Below are positions 1 to 12,700 of a stretch of 64,000 bases of DNA, piece after piece. Both the position numbers and the translations under genes were made by a program. Origin of the DNA: Intoshia linei (taxonomy: Eukaryota; Animalia; Orthonectida); assembly GCA_001642005.1 (NCBI GenBank), contig LWCA01000040.1:4176-68175 (forward strand). Reading direction: 5' to 3'. Position 1 is the stretch's first letter; the number at the start of each line of letters is the position of its first letter. The notes beneath the pieces were generated by a model. That model was not told the DNA's origin. It worked only from the letters and a program-made list of their open reading frames with translations, and searched no databases.

Positions 1-376
1 GATCATATGTTTGACACATTACCAATTTATTAGTTTTTTTTAAAAATGGATCTCTATACAGTGCCACAGGTTTTAAGTATTGATAACTCATAATTTCATT
101 AGGTTGTGCAGTAATATAACCATAACAGTCCCATTGAGGAATATCTAAAAATTAATTAGGATACAAATGGTACGTTAATCCTGAATTTTGGTGTTTTTTT
201 TATGTACCTTTTAAAGTGATTTTTTGATTTTTATTGTATTTTAAAGTTCTACTTTTACATCGTGTAGTTTTACCAAAACCGTCGATCCAGACATATGTAC
301 AAATGTATTTATCTGTCGGTTGTTCCAAATTCAAATAATGCTCAAAAATTTTGGTATTTCCGAGTTCGTTTTCCAT
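1..376 (-). CDS. Glutamine synthetase type II-like protein, 5' part (exons 376-208 and 144-<1); divergent
   Basis: Manual splice gives MENELGNTKIFEHYLNLEQPTDKYICTYVWIDGFGKTTRCKSRTLKYNKNQKITLK-DIPQWDCYGYITAQPNEIMSYQYLKPVALYRDPFLKKTNKLVMCQTYD. This matches the GS-II N-terminal pattern YxWIDGxG..RCKxRTL..PxW..YLxP..RDPF..NKLVxC. GT-AG intron at 145-207. Confidence 0.85.
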
Positions 377-1739
377 TTCTCCAGTGTTAATTTTTATTAT
401 TTCGTTTTAATAAATATATATTGTAATTGTCACTTTTTGCATCATGTAAAATAAAACTTTTTGTTTTACTTTTTTCTTCAAATAGACTATAACTGTTTTT
501 TAGGTGTATTTTATACATTGCAGAATAGCTTTAATCTATTTCATTAATATACACGTATATTACATTAATGCATTTGTACATTTTAATGAGGTTTATATTA
601 AAAAATAAATAGGTAGACGCATGGTTAACACTATTTTGTATATATTTTGTATTGAAAGACACTTTTCTCATAATTTGTAGGGAATTTAGGGTATTTTTTT
701 CCAAACTTTACCAAATTTTTTTCAAAAATTTTTCATATTAATGCCCGTAAACTTATTTGTGTCAGAATTCTCATTGCGGGTGCAATATGAGAATACCATG
801 ATTTTAAAAATAGGAAAGTGATTAAGGTTTCACAATACCAACATGGTTGAGTCACAAAGTCAAATACTTTATATTTATAAAACTTGCCGTTAATAACGTT
901 TATAAATAGTGAAGCACTGATATAAACAATCGTATAAGTTACATTACTTTGCGATAGCTAAACCAAAATAAGCTGTTTCTTTGGTGGAAGACGGACATAT
1001 TTAATTAGACACAGAGTTTCTATTAATATTGCTTACAGTATTGTATAAATTATATGCGAGTTGGTCAATTGACATCAAAAAAGCCACCAAATTAAGTTAG
1101 CATTATTTACTTTTCGCTGGAAATTGTTCCATAATATATTAACCATAATATGTAAATCAATGTAAAATTCTGTCTATACTACTACACTAAATTTCCATGT
1201 AATGTATACAAAATTTCTACATGTAAAGTTAAATTTTTAACGAGTATATTCTAAGCAACATATAAACACCTAATGATACTGAATTAAAAATATATTAAAT
1301 TCCAATATGACTAATGTAAAAGGTTTGAAACACGTCAAAGATCAAAAAGTGAAAAATTATCGAGAAACCAAAGTGTATAAAAATTATAAACAAATAAAAT
1401 TTGATCCTGACAATGGAATGTCTAAAAAAGAAACTAAATATTACAAAAAATACAAGTAATTAGGAATTTTATTTATAATTAAAATAAAGAATATAATAAA
1501 TTTCATCAAATAAGTCGTTTTCGTAGCTATACTTTTTTAATATATTAAACGTATCTTAGAAAGTAATATGTTGAAATATTACTGCTATCTTTATTCCATT
1601 ACACTGTACAACAATAAAAAAAGAGCAAAACAAAATATATATCATTAAAATCTACGAAAAATTTAGTGAAGAATGGTAGAATTTTTAATTGACACTTAGA
1701 TCTAGTTTTTGAAGGGCAGACAGATTAAAAAGAAGCAGT

Positions 1740-2769
1740 AATAATGGCGTTTTCAGTACCAATTTAATAAATACTTAAAAATACCAATTATGTATCAATA
1801 ATAATTAACCGAATCTTCCCTTTATAAACACATATTTCAGTCGTATTTTACCAATATTGCAAAAGATTGTAATAAATATAAAAAAAATATTAACAAAGTT
1901 GTTTTAGTTTCGTTGTTTAGTTTGTATTTGAATTTTATTCAAAATGTTTTCAAAATGAGAATTTGAAATTTAAAAATTGCGTAGCAATGAAAAAAATTCC
2001 GAAAGAATGATTATATAGATTTTCACCCATATTTCTTTATTGGAAATGTGTAGACGCTCAATGCACATTTTTTTTGAAATTGTAGGATCAATATTTACAT
2101 TTTCAATTTTTGATTTAAATCGAAATATTTGAAAAATATTGGTTAATAATATATTAAAAATTATTTTTCATCGGGAATGCGTAGATTTCTCGCGTTGAAC
2201 TTTTGTATTTATATCAACTGGAAGAAGCTCTATCAGAATAATTTTTTTTTTTAATCTTCGGACCGTTAATTATTTTACATTTTTTGTTTTAATAAAATAT
2301 TTCGGAAAAAAAAATATGAATACTAAAATGCTTTTTTGACCGTGAAGTCGTTACTTAATCGGATTAAACTTTTTTGTGTCTGTTAACAGGATACAAGTGT
2401 ACAACCTGTATTTTTTTTAAATTCTAGGGCTGTTTTCATTAAAAAAGGAAGGGTAATTTGAGTTTTGGCCCTGAAGATATAATTTTTTTAAATTTAAATA
2501 TATGATAATGTTTATGATTTTAAAATCCGTATCAGCATATATATTTTTTTAAATTCAATAACTCGTTTGATTTTCAAAAAGAGGAACAATTAGGATTTTT
2601 GACCCATAAGATGTGAGTTTGGGAGGTTGTAATTATGTTTGCGAACACACCCGGAAAAAATTGTAATTGAAATGTGGACTTTATAAAATTTTAAGACTGG
2701 TAGTTATTGAAATAAAGCTGGACACACACACACAAACAAAAATCGCGTAGCATATTATATAAGTTAGGA
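1740..2769 (-). mobile_element. Non-autonomous Helitron-like element (3' end eroded)
   Basis: 5' terminus A|TCCTAACTTATATAAT on the - strand at 2769. The body is near-identical to copies at 4762-5511, 25420-26117 and 33480-34075. Confidence 0.75.
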
Positions 2770-3209
2770 TGATTTTTGTTTAATTTGTGGTGTATATTTA
2801 TATTCTAAACCAAACGGAGCTACAGTGTAATTGAGAGTAAAGTAGGTAACAAATATACATCCTTTTATGGATCAATTCAACAAGAACCATGGACTCCAAA
2901 CAAATGCTGTGCATTTTACTGCAAGCATGTGATAATGGCAATAAATCCAGTGACGATTGCTATTTCTGCTATTTTAAAGAAAATATTAATTTAAAAAAAT
3001 TCTGAGGAACATGGGGAACGCTTCCATCAAACTTTGTAAAAATTTGAAGAAAGATTCACCGGCTAAAAATGATATCCATGATTAAAGATTATTTGAGGTA
3101 CACAGAAACACCAAATTGTCATAAATTTATTAAATTGTATAAATAAATTTTCTTAAATTTAAATTGTACTTATTTTTGACGCTATATCGATTTTTTTTAG
3201 ATATAACCA

Positions 3210-3401
3210 TGTAATGATATATCGCTACCATACTAATCGAGATTTAAATATATACTTTTGATATAACTCACTTGTGATGTTTAACTGGCAAAGTGGTTAT
3301 AGTCATATAATTGTATTCTGCGTGGCTAGGTTCGAATCGAGATTTGGACATCTTTTTATTTAAGATGAACTTATCAAAGTTCTTATTTGCCAATCGTTAC
3401 A
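3210..3401 (+). mobile_element. Solo LTR (192 bp) containing a tRNA-like cassette
   Basis: Termini TGTAATGAT...ATCGTTACA and an exact 5-bp TSD AACCA (3205-3209 and 3402-3406). A-box TGGCAAAGTGG at 3286-3296, B-box GGTTCGAATCG at 3329-3339. A second copy lies at 40157-40337. Confidence 0.75.
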
Positions 3402-3774
3402 AACCAGAATATCATTCTTAATACAGTATAAGGTACACACATTTTAGGATACATGGTATATATCAAAATATTCTGCTCTATTCAAAAATAAACCAATTTT
3501 TTTTAAAAATTAGGGTAAAAGTCCGGACTAATTTTTTATTTTTTTTGAAATTATCTTTTTAAAGGGTCTCAAAATTGAATTTAACATCAACTTGAATATA
3601 ACTTAATTCTATATATTTATAAATATATCAGATACAATCACAAACATCATTTGAATCCTGCCAGTGTTATCTAAGCCATAAACTAAATTTCTTTCTGCTC
3701 TTTTAAAATTTTTCGGAAAATGTTGTACAGTGTTCTAAGTAAAGATGGAATGATTAATATTAATTTTTAGAAAA

Positions 3775-6700
3775 ATGTTACATGAATACAACCAAAATAT
3801 GTATGATAAATTTTACAAAATGTTGGAAAAATACAAGGAACAAAAGCAGACAATGGTTATGAAGCCTAATTGGAAAAATAATAAATCTAATGATATACCA
3901 TACCATCCGTATACAATAACGAACCTGGATTTTACAAATCAAATTGTAATGTGTTTAAAAATAATGAATACATTTGTTATTTTTAGGTAAATAATAAATC
4001 CAATCGAAATCAAAATAATTTTGAATGGTTGCAAGGAAACACAATTGTCGATAAAAAATTGACCATTAAAGATTTACTTAAATATGCTCAAATTTTAAAG
4101 TAAAATAATAAATAATGAAGAGTATAAAAATTATAATTTTATATATTTTATAGACCCGAAATAAACCCTGAAAATGGGAAAATTCAACAAAAGTATAGTA
4201 TCGATAACGATATTTTACTAAAATTTGAAATGGAAGTTACAGAGTAATTTATCTATTTATGTATGTTGAAATAATACTATAATATTGATAATTATAATTA
4301 CTTATACAATGAGCACATTACAATATACAATATTGTATTTATTATCGGTCATTGGTCCCTTTATACGTTCCGGGTGGTTGTAAAGGACGAAATATTAAAT
4401 AATCGTCTCAAATTAATATAAAAACGGTTAAGATCTTAACTTAAAACTGCCTATTAACCATATTATAAATTAACCTTACTTACATGAATAATAATAAATA
4501 ACTGAAATAATCTTAAATTAACATTTAGATTAATTGAAGACTTAATATACAGAATAAAGTACATGTTGTCGGGAAGTAGAAGAGTAAATGTTATATATTA
4601 TTTATAAATATTTTTAATGTAGATTTTCGGAATGATTAGTCCAATAAATTTAACCATAATAGTGGATTTCAGTAGAGAAAATTTTAAATTTAATAAAATT
4701 GAAACACTGAAAAATTCAATATTGGTAAATTATCAATTGTATTTTAACATTTATATTATAACTAGGCTGACTGTTATGTACTACGTACAAAGAGCACCAA
4801 GCTCTGCCAAGGGCACATTTTTATTCTATCAAAAAAATATATTCATGTTGAAAATCTAACTTAAAAATCTCACTATTTACTATTTTCAATCCTTTAAAGG
4901 AGTGGTTCCCAAACTTGTTTCAGGTGAACCGTCATATCACTTAACTTTATTTTAAAGTGAATTATTCCATCTTAATTTTTTTTCTTAACATTTGCGTAAA
5001 GAACATTGACAAATGATTTTAAAAACAATTGTTATCCCATTTAATTTTCGGAACGTGAATTATTTCACATTTTTTGTTTTAATAAAATATTTCGGAACAA
5101 AAATATATGAATACTTAAATGCTTTTTTGACAGGTAAGTCGTCACTTATTCGGATTGAAATTTTTTTTAATTCTAGGGCTGTTTTCATTAAAAAAAAAGT
5201 AATTTGTGGTTTTGGCCCTGAAGATCTATTTTTTTTAAATTTAAATTTATGGTAATATTTATGATTTTAAAATCCGTATCAGAGTATATATTTTTTTTTT
5301 AAATTTTCCAACTCGTTTGATTTTCAAAAAAAAGGACAATTGGGGGTTTTGAACCGTAAGATGATAGTTTTGGAGGTTGTAATTTATCTTATTATATGCC
5401 CGGAAAAAATTTTAATTGAAATGTGGACTTTATAAAATTCTAAGACTGGTAGTTATTGAAATAAACGGTAATATACACACACAAATATTGCAAATTATAT
5501 ATAAGTAAGGATATACTATTAGTTTTTATGACAAGTGTTTGGTGTCATTCCTTATAAATTTTTTCGTGTAAGTGTGTTACAATTTCTACATGTATAAATT
5601 TTGATTTACATCAATTTTTCAAATTGTTCGTGATTGCAATTTGTTTTAAAACTCTAAAAAACGGAAACATACATATAATATTGATTTATCATACTTCTGC
5701 ATAGTTGAATAAGTTATATTTAATATATTATATGATAATGGTTGAAAAAATGTTACCTGTAAGCTATTTTGTCGATTAATGCGCCAAGTGTAACTTGGTT
5801 ATTATTTCTTTTTGATAAAATTACAATACAATAGTAGTGTATATCAATTAGTTTACAATATAAAGTTTATATTATAAACTATCTAAATTTTTTTTATTTT
5901 ATCTGTTATCTTTAGCATTTAATTGATGATCAATTGGAATACGGCAAAAATGTCGAAATAATATTTTTTAATGACAAGATATTCACCATTTGGCCATTTT
6001 TTGAAAGCTTTGGAAAAAATGAAATGTATTTTAATTTATAACAATAATAATAATTATACAGATCAAACAGATCTGTTTAGATTTCAAATATTATAGTATA
6101 TTTTACATTTCATTATAGTTTACTTCAAATGGATCATTTCATAAATTCAATTTCATTTGATGGTACGTGTAATTTGCTGAATGTATTCCGTACAATGAAA
6201 ACACCGACATTGGCTTTGGATGAAACATGCAATAAAAATTATTTACTTGTATTAGGTTCAGAGTAATTATTTATTCATATTTTTATAATTACATATATAT
6301 AATAAATCCACTAATAAGTAATATAAATAGTTTTTATTGATAGTATTAATAGATATTAAATATTATATAAATCTAAAAATCTTTTTAGACCTAATCAAGA
6401 TACTGACGTTATTATCAATTATATCAATCAAAAATTTGTTGGTTTTAATGTGACATTTGATACAGTTTCATTTGATTGTAGCAATTCTACAGTAAATGTA
6501 ATTTACTTGAGATGATACTGCAATTATAATTATAATATTATATTATAATATAATTGTAGTAATATTAATAATAATTCGAAAAAAAAATCCATTTGATTTA
6601 TATAATAATTTAGAATTTTTTACATAAATTATCAAACGCGACTGGAGGAAGGTTTCACATTTTTGAAAATGATTGTTTTGTAAGACTTGTCAGTATTAAT

Positions 6701-9700
6701 ATTTTTTAATTATAAAATATCATATTTAACATTTCAAAAAAAGTCAATCCTGTTCAATATGAACATGGGTACCAAATTTTATCAGTGTTCATGTTAGTGT
6801 AAAGTGAACACAGAAAAAAATACAAAAAATCAAGACATCATCAGTTAATTTTATATTTTAATAATTATTTTCGCATAAAAAATGTTTATTATGTGAGGTG
6901 ACCATGTTGAACAGAATTGACGGTTTATTAACTACAAAAAGCACATTGCAAACGCAAATTTATTAATTTTAAGAATCCACAGTGTGTAGGGGTTATAACT
7001 TTGAATATAACGGGCTATATATCGTAACGTATGTTTATTTAATATAATAACAGGTCGTAATAATCATTCACTTTACGTATATAAAATTGAACGTCTGTAT
7101 AGCTGTTACCGTATATTTAAAAACTTAACAGTCGTAGAATTTAAAAAACCCTATTTCTAATTAAATTTTTCGCAAGATATGTTGATTTATGTTTCATTTT
7201 CAGAATTTGTGTCCTTCAGGGTCAAAAATCCAATTTTCCCTATTGTCTAAAAATAAAAAGCACAAAAATTTAATAAAACATACATTTTAGGATAGTTTTT
7301 AACATTTAAAATATAATTATACTACTTTTTCACGTATACATTTCATGGATGATTGGTAATATAAAAGCAGTGATGAGCACTGATTTAATCTAATATTATA
7401 TAGTATTGTAATAATAATAGTATAAAATTATACATATACAACAATACCGTGTAGTATAATGTTGTGGATATAATATAATTAGACGAATATATTTAATGGA
7501 AGCGATTTCCAAATCATAATAAACGAAATTGGTAATGCACAAAATCATTTGTCTGTCATAAAAGATATAAAGAGGGGTATATTGGGCAATACCCTGATAA
7601 AAGTATACAATAAGGTAAATTTAATAAAGTATTACATTACGGTAGACACTGCAAACACCTGTTTGTGAAAAAGGGAAATTTTATGGTTGGTTACTTTTTC
7701 TATATGATTTATTACTGTTTAACAGCTAGAGGGTTTCAAAAAATGATCACTTTTCGAGTGTCTACTGTATATTGATATTGTATACAACATTTATAAAAAG
7801 TTGAATTTTATTAATTAATGAATTTTAAATTTAGATAGAAGAAGAAAAAAATAAATTGCCGCACAATAGATTCATGTTGCGTCCTACCCATCATCTAGAA
7901 AAGTTAATTGTTGAAGAAATTTCTTCCTTTGAAAGTAGTAAAGCATGGCTGAAAATGAATGGAATAAAAGGTATAATTATATAAACAAAAATAACATGTA
8001 GGTGTTTAACCCTAGAATCACCGATCAAAAAATATAACGATAACTACAAGAGGTAGTCATTTTAACCACCTTTTTTCGTTCTAAGACTAATTTCGAGCAA
8101 TAAATATTGTATGATGCAATAAAAATATGACAGCTGCTCAACAAAAGAATTTATTTATGATAAATATTTTCACTAATAATCCTAACTTATATAATATGTT
8201 ATGCAATTTTTGTTTGTGTGTGTCTGTGTGTGTGTCCAGCTTTATTTAAATAACTACCTGTCTTAGAATTTTATAAAGTCCTCATTTCAATTACAGTTTT
8301 TTCCGGGGGTGTTCGCAAACATAATTTCAACCTCCCAACTCACTATATTACGTGTCAAAAACCCTAATTGTCCCTCTTTTTGAAAATCAAACGAGTTTGA
8401 GAATTTAAAAAAATATATACGCTGATACGGATTTTAAAATCATAAACATTATCATAATTTTAAATATTTAGAGCAAAACCCTAAATTACCCTTTTTTTTT
8501 AATGAAAACAGCCCTATAATTTCAAAAAATTTACAGTTTTAATATTATAATTGATAAATTTATGATATATATTATACATTGTAAATTTAGCCAACAATCT
8601 GAATTTATATAGCGTTCTTGCACCAAATGCTTATAATTATTGTTATTCTTATGTCAATGGAAAAAAGATTAAATCCCAAACATTAGCTGTAAGTATTTAC
8701 TATACTTAACAAATAATTCATAATTAATCGTGAAGGGAACTCTGTTTAGTAAGCTTAATGTTATTTATGGTGAGATTATTTGTATATCAGTGAAACTTTC
8801 AAGTGATGCATCATTTTGTTTTATATTTCTTAGACTAGAGGTCTCATTGGATGCAATTGAAATATTTTAAAGTGTTGATATGGTTGTCGGTGCACTTTAG
8901 TTATACATTTCTTTTATATCCCTTATTTAAACTAGTATTCAATAAAATCTTATTATATGAAAGTGTCGATTAGTTTAAAAAATTATATCAATATAATTAT
9001 AGAGAGCAATGGTGCAGATGGAGTGGCCTAATGGTACAATAAAAAACGTACATGTAGATGCAGCCGACTTATATATATACCAATCAAAACTGGGAGCAAT
9101 GGTGCGTATAATAGAAGATAGAATACACTTTTTACTCGGAAACGAAAAATTATGCATGGGCTGTTTGACTGAAAAAAAGTAAGTTGAAAACAAACGTTTT
9201 TATTAACGCTTATTTTAATTATATATATGATGTAAAGTGCGCGCAATAAACATAGGTCCAACCGATTTATATTATTTTTTGGTCTATTAACATTAATTTT
9301 CATGAATATTTCATCTCTATTAAAAAAAATATTAAAAAATACGCTTGTTGATACCATTATTTTTTATCTATCACCTTTTTATGAAAAGTTATCACACAAA
9401 TCGCTAATTAGCTGCGCAATAATCATAGGACGCTTCAAATTAAAATAATGTATTTACAATTTAATAATGTGTCTTTTCTTCTTTATTGATTACAACTTTA
9501 AGGCATTTATCCTTCATTGTCAATACTAACTTTTCAATAACATCTTTATGGATATTTTCTCATTCTGTCAATATTATCTGCGTCAGCTGATCCTTATTTT
9601 TAAATTGCCTGCCATTTTTGTATACGGAAATTACCAAAATTCCCCATACGTTTTCTATTGGATTAAGGTCAGGAGACTTCGATCGTCAGTTCATTACATT

Positions 9701-12700
9701 AACAGAATGTTCTTCAAACCATGTTTTGACCTTATCAGAAGTGTGGATTGGAGCATTATCTTGTTGAAAAATGTAATCTGTATCATAATGAAAGTAAGCA
9801 AATGGAAGTAGAAATTCAGATAAGGTAAAAATATAATCCTAAGAATTCTAATTTTCATTCAGAATCGCCAATTTTGATTTGCCTTTCTGTGAAAATGCTC
9901 CCCAGACCATTACCGATCCACCTCCACTTTTCCGCGTAGAAAAGACTTTTTTTTCCTTTCGTAGATCATGCCAATAAAACTGGAATCTATCAAGACCGTC
10001 CCAATTGAATTTTTTTTCATCCGAGAATATCACAGAATTCCAATTTGGACCAAAATCCTATTTTCTTTATGAGCTTTTGAAAGGACCGGAGCATGATGTC
10101 GTTTACTCCATTGAAGGTGGGAACAATTACTTATTACCTGTTGAACCGTTCGGAGCTTCACATCTAATTCTAAATTTTGCATGATGTCTCTGGCTGTATA
10201 TTGACCGCCTGAAGCCTCACGTATAATATGAGACGCCATTCTTGAAGTAATTTTCTTGGGCCTACCTGGACTTTTTGCCTTTCCATATGACTCTGGGTTG
10301 TGTATAAACCTTGATACCACATTTCTAGACCTTTTTATTTGCTTAGCAATGTATTTGTGTGATTTATTTTCAGTTTTTAATTCCATAATTTGATTCTTTT
10401 CAAAATCAGTTAAAGGTTTACCTCTGCCATTTGCTAAAATATACATAAATAAATAAATTATATATTATTGAAAAGATACTATATATATTAACATAATGAA
10501 AATGGTAATTACATTTTTAAATTTGATTATGGTATCAAAAAATTGATTTTAATTTGTAGTGTCCTATGTTTATTGCGCGACTAATTAGCGATAATTATGA
10601 TAACTTTTCATATAAAGGTGGAAGAAGAAAAATAATGGTATCAACAAGCGTACTTTTTAATACCTTTTTTAATAGAGAATAAATATTCATGAAAATTAAT
10701 GTTTATAGACCAAAAAATAATATAAATCGGTTAGACCTATGTTTATTGCGCGCACTGTACTATTATTTTTTTTGGGTTTGCTGTGTAATATCATGGTTAT
10801 TCAATAACTTTCTAAACTTGAAGAATACAAAATCTAAAATTTAATAGAAAAATTTAGAATTTTAAAAATGAATTTAATATTTCATTTATCCATTTTTGTC
10901 CATATTTTCATTAATATTCATTTTTGTCTATGTCCACTTTTGATTTTTTTTTATTAGAAAACCCATTTTGCCCGTAGTTTCCTTTTTTGATTTACCACTT
11001 CTATAAAAGTGACCAGTTGCTAAAAAAAGTGGTAACTATTCGAGAGTTTACTGTACTACTCTTAAAATTTACACTATTTACCAAATGAAGCCAAACCAAA
11101 AAAGTTAAAAACACTAATTAGTAATTACTATTTAAAAAGTATTCTTTTAGCATTATTTTGCTAGTTGATACGTGTGGATCAAATTTACCTTATCTAATAT
11201 ACATTCAACATACAATTCGACTAATTTTAGAATATCAAACCTATGAAAAGTCAAAAATTAACATTGTCGCGTATATATTAGTTTTATTCTATTAATCAGA
11301 TATAATCGTTTTAAATATATTTTTTAATTAGATACAACAGTGCAACACACTCATTATACAATTCATTAGTCACTATTAACGAAAAAAAACTTCAAGAATT
11401 ATGGAAGTACGCTAAAATTAAGATTTTAATTTAATCCAATTTTAACTTTTTATGTTTAGATGGGTTTTATCTTGGAGATGCGAAGGTTCAAGAAATCTTT
11501 TATCTGCTTTAAAATTTGTTGTTGAAAATGATGATAATTTTAAAACAGGTATGTCAACAGTATTGACTAAATACGCATTTAATGTATTAATTTATATATT
11601 AGAAGAACTAGTCGGAATTTATATAATTACATCAGGCCAATTTGACCAAAATACAAACTCAATACAATCTTATATCAATTCATTGAACATACTACGTCCC
11701 TTTTCAATAGTCAATACCATTTTGTTTACAATTGAAACTGAAACAGAAGCTCTGCTTAAAGCATGTGAAGAAAATGATAGTATTTGCAGGCGTGAATTAC
11801 TCAATTTAAAAAATACAATTTCTATAAAGGATATTGTCAAAAATTATCAAAATATGTGTAGTCTCACTGATGGTCGATTTCATTGGACCAAGGAAAATGG
11901 TTTGTTTTTCGTGGGGTCAAAAATGATACTATTGAATTTTATAGAAATGATGATAATTTGATCAATATTTAACCCTTTCCCAAAAAAATATATTTTCGAC
12001 CCTTTCCCCCCTAACAGTATACAAATATTTTTAGAGAAGATCAGTTAGTACAACATAGTGAATATGTTTATTATATTATTATAACAGCGAAATAAAAAAA
12101 TGTTATCTTTTAATATTAATATTACTGGTTTTATTTTAGTTATAAATCATAATTTAATATAGTTGACACTCTAATTACTAGGGCCTAGTATACAAACAAT
12201 TTGTAAAGTTATGATTGTTTTTTTTTGTTTATATACGTGTTATTGTCTCGTAAGGGTTAATAACATTTAAATTTATTATAATCCAAAATTAATCTGAATT
12301 TCAAGAATATATTAATTAAAAATCAAATACTAAATTAAATTAATGTTAACGATTCTAATTCAATTTTAAATTTTTTCTTAAATTTGCGGCCCCTCAGACT
12401 CTGTAGGCCCCCTGATGGGACCAAGCCCCCATTTGGAACCACTTTTCTATAGTATACACAACTTAATTTTGAAAAACTTTATTCTTTTATGTTCATACAT
12501 TTTAATATAGATAATTTAAAAATTATACAAGTTTAAATTAAAACATAAATTACAGACAGTGAAAGGGTTAACAAAGGTTTCATCGATTTCATTAAATTAT
12601 AATTCAGTATTTTTTAAGGGACCGGATTAAGGTATCTGTTAATAAACACACAAAAATAGAGATTACAACATTAAATAATATTTCATTTAAATTTTTTCCA

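Noticed and set aside
1307-1459. 50-codon Lys-rich ORF as the first exon of VWA3A or a small gene
   Set aside because: I could not splice it in frame to downstream exons and it has no recognisable motif. Left uncalled.
3279-3350. Functional tRNA gene
   Set aside because: The anticodon and T stems have mismatches, and the sequence sits inside a repeated TG..CA element. I treat it as tRNA-derived.
4632-5255. ORFs 4632-4859 and 5013-5255 (also 54533-54748)
   Set aside because: They overlap Helitron repeats and show no protein motifs.
8975-9811. ORFs 8975-9193, 9028-9357 and 9548-9811, and similar shadows at 20330, 21978, 27442, 35027, 35112, 55243, 55700, 59040, 59654, 61061 and 61729
   Set aside because: They are antisense or alternative-frame shadows of real exons or transposase/pol sequence.
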